A stretch of 64,000 nt of DNA from Folioceros fuciformis (taxonomy: Eukaryota). Location of the stretch: contig JBNGIO010005880.1 in assembly GCA_049999805.1 (NCBI GenBank), positions 45,391 through 109,390 on the forward strand. The letters run 5' to 3'. The notes below the pieces were generated by a model that saw nothing but the letters and a program-made list of their open reading frames with translations, was not told where the DNA came from and did no database searches. Position numbers and translations under genes: made by a program. Shown piece after piece: positions 26,040 through 38,241 of the stretch. How positions within the stretch are numbered: the first letter of the stretch is position 1; each line of letters starts with the position of its first letter.

Positions 26040-27906
26040 TTAATATTCCCTTGTAAGAAATTCATCCAACTCCGCATCATCTGCATTATTTCCATCTCTA
26101 TCCTTCTTAAGATTTCGTCTCTTTCGCCAAATATAGGATCGAAACATAATAGGAGGCCCTTTTCTTTTAAAAATAGGAGCTCTAGCACGAGCTAAACTTC
26201 GTTGTCTCCTTTCCTCTTGTTCCTGTTTTTGTTGCAGCAATTTGGCTGCTCGCATTCTATACCTTCTTTCCTTCTCCCTTATCTTTTCAGTTTGAATCAC
26301 GAAATCCACAGGGATATGTTCAATTGTGGTTAAACATTCTTCCAACTTGGCTTCTATGTTTGTGAGCATTTGAAGTGTATTTTGAGATACATCATAGTCT
26401 AACCCACATCTTGGGTATATTTCTATCACCTTACCTGCAATCTGCTCAAAAGTGACCGCATGTTTCTTATCCTCAACGTTTACAGTGGTTTGAGTTTGAA
26501 GGGTTTTGTGCCTCTCCTCTTCATTCTGGATGGCCAGCTCCAAGTCCTTCAGTTGTGAACGAAGGTTCGCTATCTTGGTGTCATTTTTCATGTGCGTAGC
26601 TTTATACTTGGTTTGGAGTGACTCAAGAGCATCTTCAGTATCTTGGCTCTGCTGCATCAGAGCCAAATTTTCCCCCTCCAATTCTCCAAACAGTTCCAGT
26701 AATTGATTGGGTTGTTCAAAGTACATTTTTTCCTCTAACTCATCTTCAATGTCACTTTCTTCTTCATCCTCATCGTTGTCCATACCAAGTATTCTAACCG
26801 ACATCTTCTCAGCGCGATCTAACTTTTGTGCACGTTCTATGTTCTTCTGTGCACTTTCTTGAGCTTTCTTCTCTTTGAGCTCTAGAATCATCTCTTGTCT
26901 CAACAATTTTTGCTCGTCTAGCCACTCTTTTGGAGTAAGGCTGACCAGGAAGTCTTTGTATTTTTTGCAATCCTCGAGTTGTTCCTCGAGTTTGTTTACA
27001 TCGCTGCGAAGCATTGCAATGATACCATTAAGCTTCTTGATTTNNNNNNNNNNNNNNNNNNNNNNNNNNNNNNNNNNNNNNNNNNNNNNNNNNNNNNNNN
27101 NNNNNNNNNNNNNNNNNNNNNNNNNNNNNNNNNNNNNNNNNNNCATCAAATTGTATGGTGTCTTCTTCCAACATGTCTTCACTCTTTCTCAATGCTTCCT
27201 CCCGTTGAAAAGTTTTATCTTCAAGTTTTCTGATTTCAGCGCGCTTTATGTCAAGGCTCATTTGTACAAGAAATATTTCTCTCTTTTTCTGGATGAACTC
27301 TTTCATATTTTCTTTCTCTCTATGGTAATGACTGGTTTGAAGAATTGGAGTCACTGGATTTTCTTCCATCACTTTTGCCATTTCTATATCCATTTGCTTC
27401 AGAATGCTTTTCAATGCATTTGAGCCGATTGTAGCACCCATCCTTGAAGCAAATGTTGTTCTCTCTGCAAGTGGCAGAGCTTGGATTCGCTTGATTTCTT
27501 GCCTCTCTTTGATTTTCTCTTCGGCTCTAATTTGAAATACTTTCTCATCAGGTGGCATGACAAATGGTATTTCAAACCACTCGTTGCAGAGTATCTCATC
27601 TTTGTCCATTTGCTCAGAAGATGCAGCATTTTCATTTTCAAGAGGTGGTGATTGCCAACTACTTTCTCCAATTCCAACTTTATCCTTTGTATGATTTGCA
27701 CTACTATCATGGCTATGCAGGGAAGTGGGTCTTGATGGAAGTTGGAGAGAGGTTGAAGTTGTATCAGAAACATTATCATTGCTACATGATCTAGCATCCG
27801 ATTTAGTTGAATTAACTGATGTTATGTCCGGTTCATTTTGTTTAAGAGATGGACTTGCTCTTGAGTCTGGCACAAGTGATGCTCTATTAACTACGGGAGC
27901 TGACAT
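26040..27906 (-). CDS. CFAP100: Cilia- and flagella-associated protein 100 (CCDC37/DUF4200), apparently intronless, spanning an assembly gap
   Basis: EKENMKEFIQKKREIFLVQMSLDIKRAEIRKLE...REEALRKSEDMLEEDTIQFD before the gap. After it: CKKYKDFLVSLTPKEW, MYFEQPNQLLELFGELEGENLALMQ, RARAPIFKRKGPPIMFRS. Confidence 0.85.
27044..27143. other. Assembly gap (100 N)
   Basis: Run of n characters; the round length suggests a placeholder. Confidence 0.99.
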
Positions 27907-28759
27907 GGTGATGGTTATTGTATCATATGTAGTTGAAAATTAAATAATAAAAATATTATTAATTAAACCCAAAACCTAAACAATATTTTAATTTACTTGA
28001 CTTAATTTTATTTTATATATAATTCTTTAGAGGGCCCTATGTTAAGGTACCCTACCTTTTCTCTCCTCCCTAGTCATTACCTACTACTTAGATCTTAATG
28101 TTAGAATGATAGCCAATTTTAAAATATTAGAATGTTCTATCTTTCTGGGATTAACTATGGAGTCTTGAAAAACAAAGTACCCTAATTATCATTGGAGGTT
28201 TGAGATGTTTTGTTCTTTGCATTTGAATCTCATCTTGAAAGTTTATGGTGTTGAAGGTTGTATCCCTTACTTTTGAAGCTCCTCTTAAAGGTTGTGTTTT
28301 TCAATTCACTTTGTAAATGCTTTATCATTGCCAAAAGATAGGCACCACATATGAAAGTGTGGTTGATACGTTCTTGGGGATATGGTATGTTTTAACACAA
28401 GCCTTGATAAACCCTTGAGAGTAGTCCTTGTTCTAAAGCCTTGTGGGTGAGTTTCAATTATAAGGAGAATGAGCATTACTAGACTGGGACATGGGGGTGT
28501 GTTGATGAAGCCAAGTCTCACATGTCATAGGGAAGCAAGGATCTCAGTAGTGAGAGGTGATGTGCTTGTGGGCTAAACAACAAGCAAGTAAACATACTTC
28601 ACTTCTAACATGCGCAAGTCACGTTCAAGCAAGCAATCCTTCGAAAGAACATCTCCCGACATGGAACCAATCATATCTTGGTTGAACCTTATCATATTTT
28701 CGAAGTAGTTGTATTTTCTTCTTTCTTTTGTGTTCTATTATAAGCATAGTTCATTCAAA

Positions 28760-29990
28760 GTTCCTTGGTTTGTTGGGTGAGAAATAAAATGGAGTCAAAT
28801 AGTCCTCACCATGTAGAACTTCTTGTCTAATAAAGCACTCCAAGCAACTTTGAATACGATGGATCATGGACTAATGTAGTTGACAAGTCAAGACTCCGAT
28901 ATGGCAAATCGAGGCAAGGGCAATCGCTATGTACTTGACAAGTCAAGACTCCAACATGGCAAATCGAGGCCCGGGCAATTGCTATGAAGCGTAATCGTCG
29001 AGGGATAGTTGCAGCGTAAGCTGTTGAAGCTTTACTCTACTACAGACTAGGTGGCCAGAAGGTGGTAGGCAGCGTTAGTTAATGCCCTGCAAGCGGTTTA
29101 GACTCCACTTCTACCTTCATCTCCTTCTCCTCTACATCTCGTACTTCTCCCTTATTTAGGGCTATCTCGTCGATATTTGACCACCCAAGGAATTGATAGC
29201 CCAAGGATAGTTTGTGGAGCCTAGCAAGGAAGTTGGTAGAGTCTAACATCCGAACTCACAACTACCTCGACTTTACCCCTTAGCTCAAGGAGGTAGGTGA
29301 CTTGGTTGAGCAAGTGGACCTAAGAATTTTCTAGGCTTACTGGAACATTTAGAATGCCACAGTACACAAGTTTGCATGAAATCTTTTGGCCTACGCACAG
29401 GGGAAGATGTGCTCTAAATAGATTCACAACAACCCCATGCATGTTATGGACCATCTAGATACTAGAAGTGGTATGTGAATGAGTTGCGATATAGTGGGTT
29501 GGGTTGTACTTGAGTGCCCACGGAATAAAGAGGAATTGGCCATGACCACAAAGTTTGTTGCTTCCTAGTTAGCAAAACAACTGTAGCCTCGATTCCATCC
29601 ACCGGTTCGCAACCACAATCGTAACATGAGTTCCACCTCGAGGCACTAGAAGAGATGGGGGACTTTGTGACATGCCTACAATGGCAATAACAAGAGATAG
29701 CGATGCAACTACATCTAGGATTAGCACCTGCAGCTTGGCCACATAGGAGACTTCCAACCCTAGCACACTAACACCTCATTTTCAAGCTTCTTGAGCCAGC
29801 ATGCCAAAGGAATGACAATCCTGTAATAGGCACCATAACTCTTATGAGCAACCATGAATCAAAACCTAAGGATGCAGGTAGGGGGTTACAACCCACCTTG
29901 TCAAGATGGTCCAATGTAACAAATGCTGTTTGTCCATGGTTCCAAGTATAGAGCCCTTGGTCAACATGTTTGACTTGCATGCATCAAACC
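28760..29990 (+). mobile_element. Decayed transposon relic apparently related to the 19.8-21 kb element
   Basis: Shares motifs with 19840-19950 (ggactaat...gacaag; cgtaatcgtc...gttgcag). Has an internal tandem duplication of about 52 bp near 28881-28986 and many stops. Confidence 0.4.
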
Positions 29991-30448
29991 ATTAGTAAGA
30001 GATGGAACCGCGAGTCTATTTAAAGTAGTTGTTGAATGAAGAAGGTTAATAAATCCCACACAACAAAAATATGTAAACCTAAACAAAACAACGGTAGAAA
30101 GTTGCACCAAATTCATGCAAGCTTCAGTTTTCCTTTAGAAGGCAGCCTTCAGCTAAATGATCCTAATTACAACGTAGCTAAATTGGAGCTGAAATAGCCC
30201 GGATTCATTACATCCAGAAAAGACAAATGAGGTCTAACTCTTGTAAAGGTTCAGGTTCAAGTCTTGTAATAGGTTCACACACGCAGCAACACATGGCTAA
30301 TTTAGTGTAACAAAATGGAATTGTCATTGTGGCTTAATTAATGTTTGCTACAATGTACAAAGTCATTATCAATTCCACAGCCATGAAAACTATAGTTATT
30401 CTTCAAGAACGATAGTCCACTAGAACAATTTACGGTTGACCATCTTTT

Positions 30449-31279
30449 TTATAAGAACCTCTCTCCACGAATGCGTCGTGCCAATTGCATGTCTTTGGGC
30501 ATTATAGTAACCCTCTTAGCATGGATGGCACAAGTGTTGGTGTCTTCAAAGAGCCCTACAAGATAGGCTTCACTTGCTTCTTGAAGGGCAAGAATTGCAT
30601 GGCTCTGAAATCGCAAGTCGACCTGTAGACATGCATATAATCTAACAAGTCAAGCAAAACTTCAAACTTACAACAAAAATAATGTAGACATGCATATAAT
30701 CTAACAAGTCAAGCAAAACTTCAAACTTACAACAAAAATAATATAAACCATAATATCGTTGATTACAAACAACTATGCATGTACAATTTCGCAAGGAAAT
30801 CTAGCATTTCAAAGACCAACACATAGCATTATTATAACATGAATCCAACTATAAGAGGTTGCTTGTTGTACCTTAAGGTCATGGGCAATCTCCTTCACCA
30901 AGCGTTGGAAGGGCAACTTTCGGATTAATAACTCCGTACCCTTTTGGTACTTCCTTATCTCACTGTACAACATATAATATACAACACACATCTCCGCAAC
31001 TCTTAAGATCATTCAGTACAAGCTGATGTACATTAAAGAGCTTAACTAAGGAGTTTCCATGCATACACAAAGAATGTGTGAAAGAAAGCTATTACACATA
31101 ACCTTCTCTTAATGCTTGTAGAGAGCTTACCGAAGAGCCACGACTCCAGGACGATAGTGACGTGGCTTCTTGATGCCTCCTACCATTTGACTTTTCCCCT
31201 TAGTAGCCTTGGTGGCAAGTTGCTTTCTTGGACCCATACCACCATTGCTCCTACGGGCAGTTTGCTTAGTGCGAGCCAT
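30449..31279 (-). CDS. Divergent histone H3 variant (H3.3-derived); exons 31131-31279, 30872-30962, 30449-30622; 136 aa after Met
   Basis: Spliced translation: [137 protein letters not shown]. Both introns are GT-AG and the frame is intact. Confidence 0.93.
30624..30741. repeat. Perfect 59-bp tandem duplication in H3 intron 2
   Basis: tgtagacatgcatataatctaacaagtcaagcaaaacttcaaacttacaacaaaaataa occurs at 30624-30682 and 30683-30741. Confidence 0.95.
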
Positions 31280-32009
31280 AGTATGCTTAGTATGAATTGA
31301 GGGTGTTCTTATCCGGTTAAGTAATGTCTTGTATAGAGCAAAAGCTTAGTTTCAGATCTAAAAAGCTAGTAGGTCTAAGATATTTACATATGTGTGCAAC
31401 TAGTGCATATATAGGCATAAGGATCTAATAGTGCTAATAGAAAAGCACCCTAGTTAGAATATTTCTCGGAATAGATCATTCCTTCTTCATTCTAAAAGGA
31501 TTCAAGAAAAAGTAATGTATTCATAGTATTAAAATAGTATTTTTTTATATTTTAAATTATTAATAATAAGATGTGAATATTTTGATAGTTAGAATCATAT
31601 AGATACTATGAGTATATTATTTTTTTCTAGAATCCTTCTCCTTGAAGAAGGAATGATATATTTGAAAAATATAAATAAAATTTCTATTTTATACCAAGAA
31701 AGAGGAAGTGTTACATTCATGAAGAAAGATGAACGAAGTAAGTGCATGTAGGTACATCATACGAAAGATAAAAACAATTGATACACATAGATGGAGGAGA
31801 ATGCAGCTATGAGTAGCTAATTACTAAGAAAATTACACATGTTTGGAACAATGTGTAATCCTGTACATGAACTTGGATCACAAATTAAGTTAAATATTAT
31901 TAGTGTGATAATTTTTTATGCTTGTAGCAAACGTCTCTCTTAAGTTTAGCTAGTAGAGTAATATGGTAATACATTTTAGTTGATACAAAAGCAAACTTTT
32001 TCTATGTGT

Positions 32010-32468
32010 CTAATCAGCTGCACTAACGTCATAACCAAGATAACAATCTGCGAGATGGAAACATACTGTAAAAGAATCTTTACATAACCGAGTAAAAATA
32101 ATGTGCTGGATGTATTGAATACAAGTACGACATTGAAGTGGAGTTATCATAGTCGAATGACCAAGAGAGCAGTAGGCATTACCTCTTGCTCTTATGATGC
32201 TTCCACCAAGCTTAAGTGTTAATGGACGAGGAGTGTTTGGAAAAGTGTGATAAGCTTCTTCTACTAGTGAAGAAACTAAAATTTGAACTAAGACTTGTAA
32301 CTTTTGATCCACAATTTGTCCATCACAATACATTTCTTTTATTGTTGTATTGGGTGGAAGCTCGGGACCATAAAGAGAGAATGCAAATCCGTTAGCAACA
32401 TTGATGAAAATAACATAGTATATATATACATAATAAACTATATATAAAAACAGATTTGAAGAAGCCAT
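32010..32468 (-). CDS. Secreted cysteine-containing protein, Gnk2/DUF26 (ginkbilobin-2)-like
   Basis: Hydrophobic N-terminus followed by YC...GNAYC-x12-CRTC...LC...DCYLGY. The spacing resembles a single DUF26 domain with a lengthened C-x8-C-x2-C loop. Confidence 0.6.
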   Translation of the reverse strand: MASSNLFLYIVYYVYIYYVIFINVANGFAFSLYGPELPPNTTIKEMYCDGQIVDQKLQVLVQILVSSLVEEAYHTFPNTPRPLTLKLGGSIIRARGNAYCSLGHSTMITPLQCRTCIQYIQHIIFTRLCKDSFTVCFHLADCYLGYDVSAAD

Positions 32469-32966
32469 TCTCACTTATATATATGTGCCAATTGAATTCC
32501 TTGGCATAACACCTGGTAGTGGATTTGTTTCGTGAATGTAGAATCTCTAGATCCAAATCGGTGTGCATATAATTTGGTGGAACTCGTAAACACCGTGCAG
32601 ACTCTGGTGCCCTAATTCGTGAAACGAAAACAAGCTACTGCCGTACCTGAGACCGAATTCCCAGATTCCTCTGCCGTATGAGTAGTGAAGCACTTTGAGA
32701 ATTTTGCTGTCGTCAGAGAGATTTCCCGCTGTTTAGACTCTCACTCAGCGGCCACGCCTAAACCTTTTCCAGCTGGCATACATTTCAACGAAAACATCAA
32801 TATTGTAGACACACAGCTGCTGCACTCCGCGGAGGTCCTGCTTACGGTAGAATCTGCCAAGAAAACTTGCGACGACTCCGCTGAGCTTAGGATACCGGCG
32901 AGTTCAGCCCACCGAACTACAATAAAATCTAGATGCATTTACGCAGAGCTGTCTGTGCGGCAGCGG

Positions 32967-35401
32967 TTATGCCAGACCAGCCTCCTTCAATACTGCTTCG
33001 AATGCGTCGTCGTCGTTATATTGTACCTGAAATAAGGAAGAACAACATACATGTGGGGCTTAGAATACAGAGAAAGACGTCAACAAGCGCTGTGACTGCA
33101 TGCAAGTAAGTGCAAGACCCCTTACATTCGGAATAATGCGGTTGAAATGGCGTGCGATTTTGTCGAGATCTTGTTCATCCTGCTCACTCACCACCAAATT
33201 GAAGGCAGCACCTGGTAAAAGACCCATTCTCCAGAGGTTAGCACTCTGAAGCCAAAGAGACAACTTCATCAACAAGCCTAATGTTATGAAACTGTATGTA
33301 CCTTTGCGACCAAATCGTCCACTCCGTCCAATCCTGTGTAGATAGACTTCGTAGTCGGGTTCATACGGACGGTTTTGCTTGACCGGAATGTCAAAATTCA
33401 CAACTAAGGTCACCTGCAATTGTACACGAAGACTCACATCCTCTATTTGAGATTGACGAGAGGCAACAAAAACCCTACACAAACGCATGTACTTACTTAC
33501 CTGTGCCTGGTCGAATCCTCGCGCCAGTAAATCTGTTGCTATCAGGATCTTAGTCTCTCCAGACCTAAACTCTCGAATTACGCGATCTCGATCCTCGTGG
33601 CTGAGTCCCCCTTGGATTGAAGTGCACTTGTGTCCATCTGCTTCTAGTTTTCTGTGCAACTCACTGGCACTGCTTCTGCTTCGCACGAAAATGATGGACT
33701 GACCAAGCTTTTCTGCCACTGGAAATATTCGGTCCCTCAATACTTCAATCTTATCCAGCGGGGTAGGACACTTCACTCGATACTGCTTGATTACGTCCAG
33801 TGACAAGTTCTCTTTGGGGACAAAAATAAAGTTCGCTCTCTGGACAGTCCTCAGAGCAAATTGCTTCACTTGCTCACTGTAAGTAGCTGAGAAAAGTAAT
33901 ATCTGCCAGGAGCGCACCACACACAGCTTGCTTCAGCAGATGTGCACCAATTCATATCACAACGGGACAAAAGGGAAAAAATAACAAGACGAGCTTCTAC
34001 CTGGAAGTCTCCTCCTCTGGACCTGCTTACGTCCTTGATGATCCGTTCAGAATCGTCCTTGAAGCCATACTGCAGGTGCCAACGGCAAGTATTACTGAAC
34101 ACCAAACCCTGAGGACGATTACGTTCCGAGAAGAAGTACTCGGCTTCTACGGCTGAAAAGGTCAAGCTAATCTCCCATGGCAAAACACCTCCATAACTCT
34201 CAAAATAAACATGGGCATGCCTTCCTCGCACACCTGATCTAACATATGGTCTGCTTCATCGAAGACAAGCACTCTGATAGTTCTGGTATTCAGAATCTTA
34301 TCCTTCGTCATCCACCTCTTCAAGGTACCCGGAGTGCCTATCACAACCTGATCCACCACTACCCCACGCCTTGTAGAGGAAAGCAAACTAGACTCAGTTG
34401 GAATAGCAAGCACCGATGTGATGCCAGTATACTTTCCCATTCTCAGCAAAACCTCCTGATTCTGCACACACCAAAACCTTCCTGTGAAACATGACCGATA
34501 AGCACAACCCGAGCGGCGGCAGCGCCAACACCACCATCAATCTACCACGTAGTAACACTGCCACTTTCCAGGCCAGCAGTTCCAAGCCACCACCCACACA
34601 GACCTGAATAGCCAGCTCCCTAGTCGGACAAACACAGAGAGCCTGCGGAGCTCTCAAAGTGGGATCCACTCGGCTAAGCATCCCAAGCACAAAGCACGTG
34701 GTTTTTCCTGATCCGTTGTGTGCCTGCGCAATCAGGTTCTGATACGGCGGCCTGACTATCATCGGCAAAGTAATCGCTTGAATTTTGCTCGGCCTCTCAA
34801 ACTTCATTTCTGAGTAGATGCCTTGAAGAAGGGCGGGACTCAGCATCAAGTCCTCAAACGAACTAGCCGACTCATACGGAGTGTTGGGATCGGCAAGCAC
34901 TTTCTTGATTTGTGTATCAGGCAACGCTTCCACATCCTCGTTCAGCTGCGGTGCCTGCAAAGCTACCTCAGGCTTGTCCAATTTCTCGCCTTCGTCCACT
35001 TTCAGCGACTCAAGTGCCAGTGCCGCTGTCAGATCTGCCGCAGTCCCCGTTTGAGTCTCCTCTTCCTTTCCATGCACCTTCTCCTTAACCTGGTCCTCCT
35101 CCCCCGCTTTCTCGTTCACCTGCTCCCTCTCCTTCACCTGCTCCTTCCCCGTCACCTGTTCCTTCTCCTCATCCTTCACCTGCTGCTTCTCATCCTTCAC
35201 CTCCTGCCTCTGCTCCTTCTCTTCATCCTTTTCCTTTTCCTTCTCCTTCGCCATCACCGGCGTCCCAACCCGCTCCTTCTGTCCCTGGTCCTCGTCCGCG
35301 ACGGTCACGGCCCTGGTTTCATCTTGGGCTGCGATGTCAGGCGGGTCCACCATCAACGAGACCAACGCCAGACCAGCCAGGTCCTCATCTGACAAGTTCA
35401 T
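32967..35401 (-). CDS. LOS4: DEAD-box RNA helicase DDX19/Dbp5 (plant RH38/LOS4), multi-exon
   Basis: FERPSKIQ, QNLIAQAHNGSGKTT, PTRELA, GTPG, DEADHML, FSAT, ARGFDQ, HRIGRSGRFGRKG; C-terminus AFEAVLKEAGLA*. Confidence 0.92.
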
Positions 35402-36200
35402 TCCCGGTCCGTCCTAAACCCTTCTGCTTCTCCAAAACCTGGAGCAAAGCACTGTTGTCGGACTACTTAAGATTTATAGCCGGGACATCACACCGTTCTC
35501 CAGATTCGAGGACAATTTCGTGTAAGAATAATACCCTTAAAATAATAATAAGTCTTCATGTGACCGTTGGCCCGGTACCTGCTTCATGCTTCCTTCTTGC
35601 ACTGCAGGCCTCGCGGCCTGTCAGTGAATCCCAGCTCGCTCGCATCATCAGCTGCGGTCGATTCTGCTGCAGCCTGGCTTCGTCCAAGCGAGGTGGAGAA
35701 CCCTGCGTCGGTCTTCAGACACGCACGTTTGTGCGGCTGTTGGGATTGGACTCCTGCGGCTTCTGGTGCTCTTCTCGTTACACTTTGAGGGGATTCTCGT
35801 CAAGGACGTTTCTCCGGGGATCCGGTCAAGAGGCGGAGGATTGCGTGTGAATCTCCTTCTTTGGTTGGCGAATTTGCAGGATTAGGCACTGCGGGGAGCA
35901 TCGGATTGCTGACGGTTTGCATGGTGGAGAAGGCGGCTTGGCGGGCGTGGATGAAGCTTCCATTGCGCAAGAGCCTTACGGGGATGGGAGTGGTGTTCGG
36001 TGACCCGAATCTAGGAAATTCACATCGTCAATTGTTCCGGCCTCCTGCCTGACATTTGATTTTACCCGATTCCAGGAAGTTCACCTCGTCAATTGTTCCT
36101 GCCTCTACCCTGACATTTGATTTTCTGAGTGGGTATGTTGTGTGAGGTGTAGTGTAGGTTGTGTGCATGTGGCGGTGCCTTGCAGGAGAGTGCAGTAGGA

Positions 36201-38241
36201 ATGGTGACGACTGTGCAAGTCCCAGAGAAGACAATTCGTGGACGAGCTGATAGACAACGGCCCTCGAACCTGCTTATTCCCAGTAATGGAAGAAATCTCT
36301 CTCAGTTTCAGGTGAGAGGGTCATGAAGTTGAGCGTTTTTGGGTGAAAAAATACTGCCTCAGCTGAGGGGTTGCATCTGAAACAGGGTGACAGGTTTATC
36401 CCAACCCGCAGTTCCATGGATCTGGATGTGGCCAATTTCAACTTGTTGAGGGTGACTAAAGATAATGCAGCTTCATATCTAGACGTTTCCTCTCCCATTA
36501 AGGTTGAACTCAGTTCCTAGCCACTGTTAGCTCAACTCTTCGGGTGCGATGGGCGGTCTGCAGTTTTTGTTGATTGGGAGGCATTCGATTTTTGTGCAGG
36601 AGGTGTATAAGCGGCAACTTGCTGAGAATCTGTTGCACGATGTGTCAGCAGTGGACAGCCCAAAAATTCTGTCGTTCAAACAGAAAAATCCTTCTTCACC
36701 TTGTTCCTTGCAAGCGGACAAAGCTGGATTGACTATTCCTTCACCGAAAGCTTTCCGGCACATACCACAGGTCAGTGTCTCTTCACATGCATCAGATGGA
36801 GAGCTGGAGTATCACTTGTCTGATTGGTTGAAGGTTTTTGTTCCTTGTGCAGTCGCCAGTGAGGATCCTGGATGCACCCGAGTTGGTCGATGACTACTAC
36901 TTGAATCTTCTGGACTGGAGCTCCAACAATGTGGTGGCAGTGGCACTGGGCACCTCGGTCTATTTGTGGTATGCTGATAGTGGAGAAATAAAGAAACTGA
37001 TGAACGCATCTGCGGAAGAAGACTTTGTGACTAGTATCGCGTGGGCTGAAGATGGGAAGCATATTGCAGTAGGTCTGAACAGCAGTGAGATACAACTGCT
37101 AGATGTGATGGAAACATGCAAGGTTTGTTAGTCAACCTAGAGACTTCGCTTACATGCTTTGACTGCCTGGGAGCGTAATTGTTGACACCCTTATTTCTAC
37201 ATATCAAGGTTAGGAGCATGCAAGGGCATCGATCACGTGTTGGAAGTTTGGCTTGGAATGGATCAACACTGACATCGGGAGGTCGGGACGGCAACATCAT
37301 GAACCACGATGGTACAGCTCCTTTCAGGAATGGCTGTCGTATTCAATTGCTTGGTTTTTCAACGGTTGCTTTCACGATTTTCTCACATGCCCTATGTGAT
37401 TGTTTCTTCAGTGCGGGTACGAAACCATATCTCCTCAGTTCTTTCAGGTCACACGCAAGAAGTGTGTGGACTCAAGTGGTCCCCATCTGGACAACATCTA
37501 GCAAGCGGAGGAAATGACAACATTCTGTGCATATGGGATGCAAGTTACATCAGTGCGGCAAGACCAGGACAACAGAGCGCGTCCTTCTTGTACAAAATTG
37601 ATCAGCACCAGGCAGCAGTAAAAGCCCTTGCATGGTGTCCATTCCAGCGCAACTTACTAGCATCCGGGGGAGGTACAGCTGATCGGTGCATCAAGTTCTG
37701 GAATATACACACGGGAGCTTGCATCAAGAGCGTGAACACGCTTTCGCAGGTTTGTCAGTCGTTTCCAAAAATGCTCGCCCTTGTTCCTGGTCGCATCCAC
37801 ATTTGCTTTGATATCAAGTTGCCATGGTTTGTTCCGCTTACAGGTTTGTGCACTGGAGTGGAGTCCATTTCAAAAGGAAATTTTGAGCAGCCATGGCTTT
37901 AGTCTCAACCAGTTATGTTTGTGGAAGTATCCCACGATGGTGAAGATAGCTGAACTCAGGGGTCATACTGCCCGTGTCTTACATCTCGCTCAGGTCAGAA
38001 AAACTCGGGAAGACATCAACCAGGTGTTTGTCAAGCTAGTCTGTTGCACCTGGTGCTCCAACTTGATGCTGAATAGACGACGTATTTCTGACAGAGCCCA
38101 GACGGAAGGGAAGTCGTGTCTGCTGCTGCAGACGAGACACTACGATTTTGGAACGTTTTCGACTCACCTTTGCAACATAAGAAGCTCTCTCGCTCTGCCG
38201 GAGTACAGGCCGAGAGGATGTCCACGCGGAGCATACGATAG
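36201..38241 (+). CDS. CDC20: CDC20/Fizzy APC/C co-activator (WD40), multi-exon
   Basis: C-box [50 protein letters not shown]...[15 protein letters not shown] and a C-terminal IR tail (RSIR*). The start is inferred. Confidence 0.9.

Noticed and set aside
34823-35392. 189-aa Leu/His-rich ORF on +
   Set aside because: Antisense to the Glu/Lys-rich N-terminus of the DEAD-box helicase.
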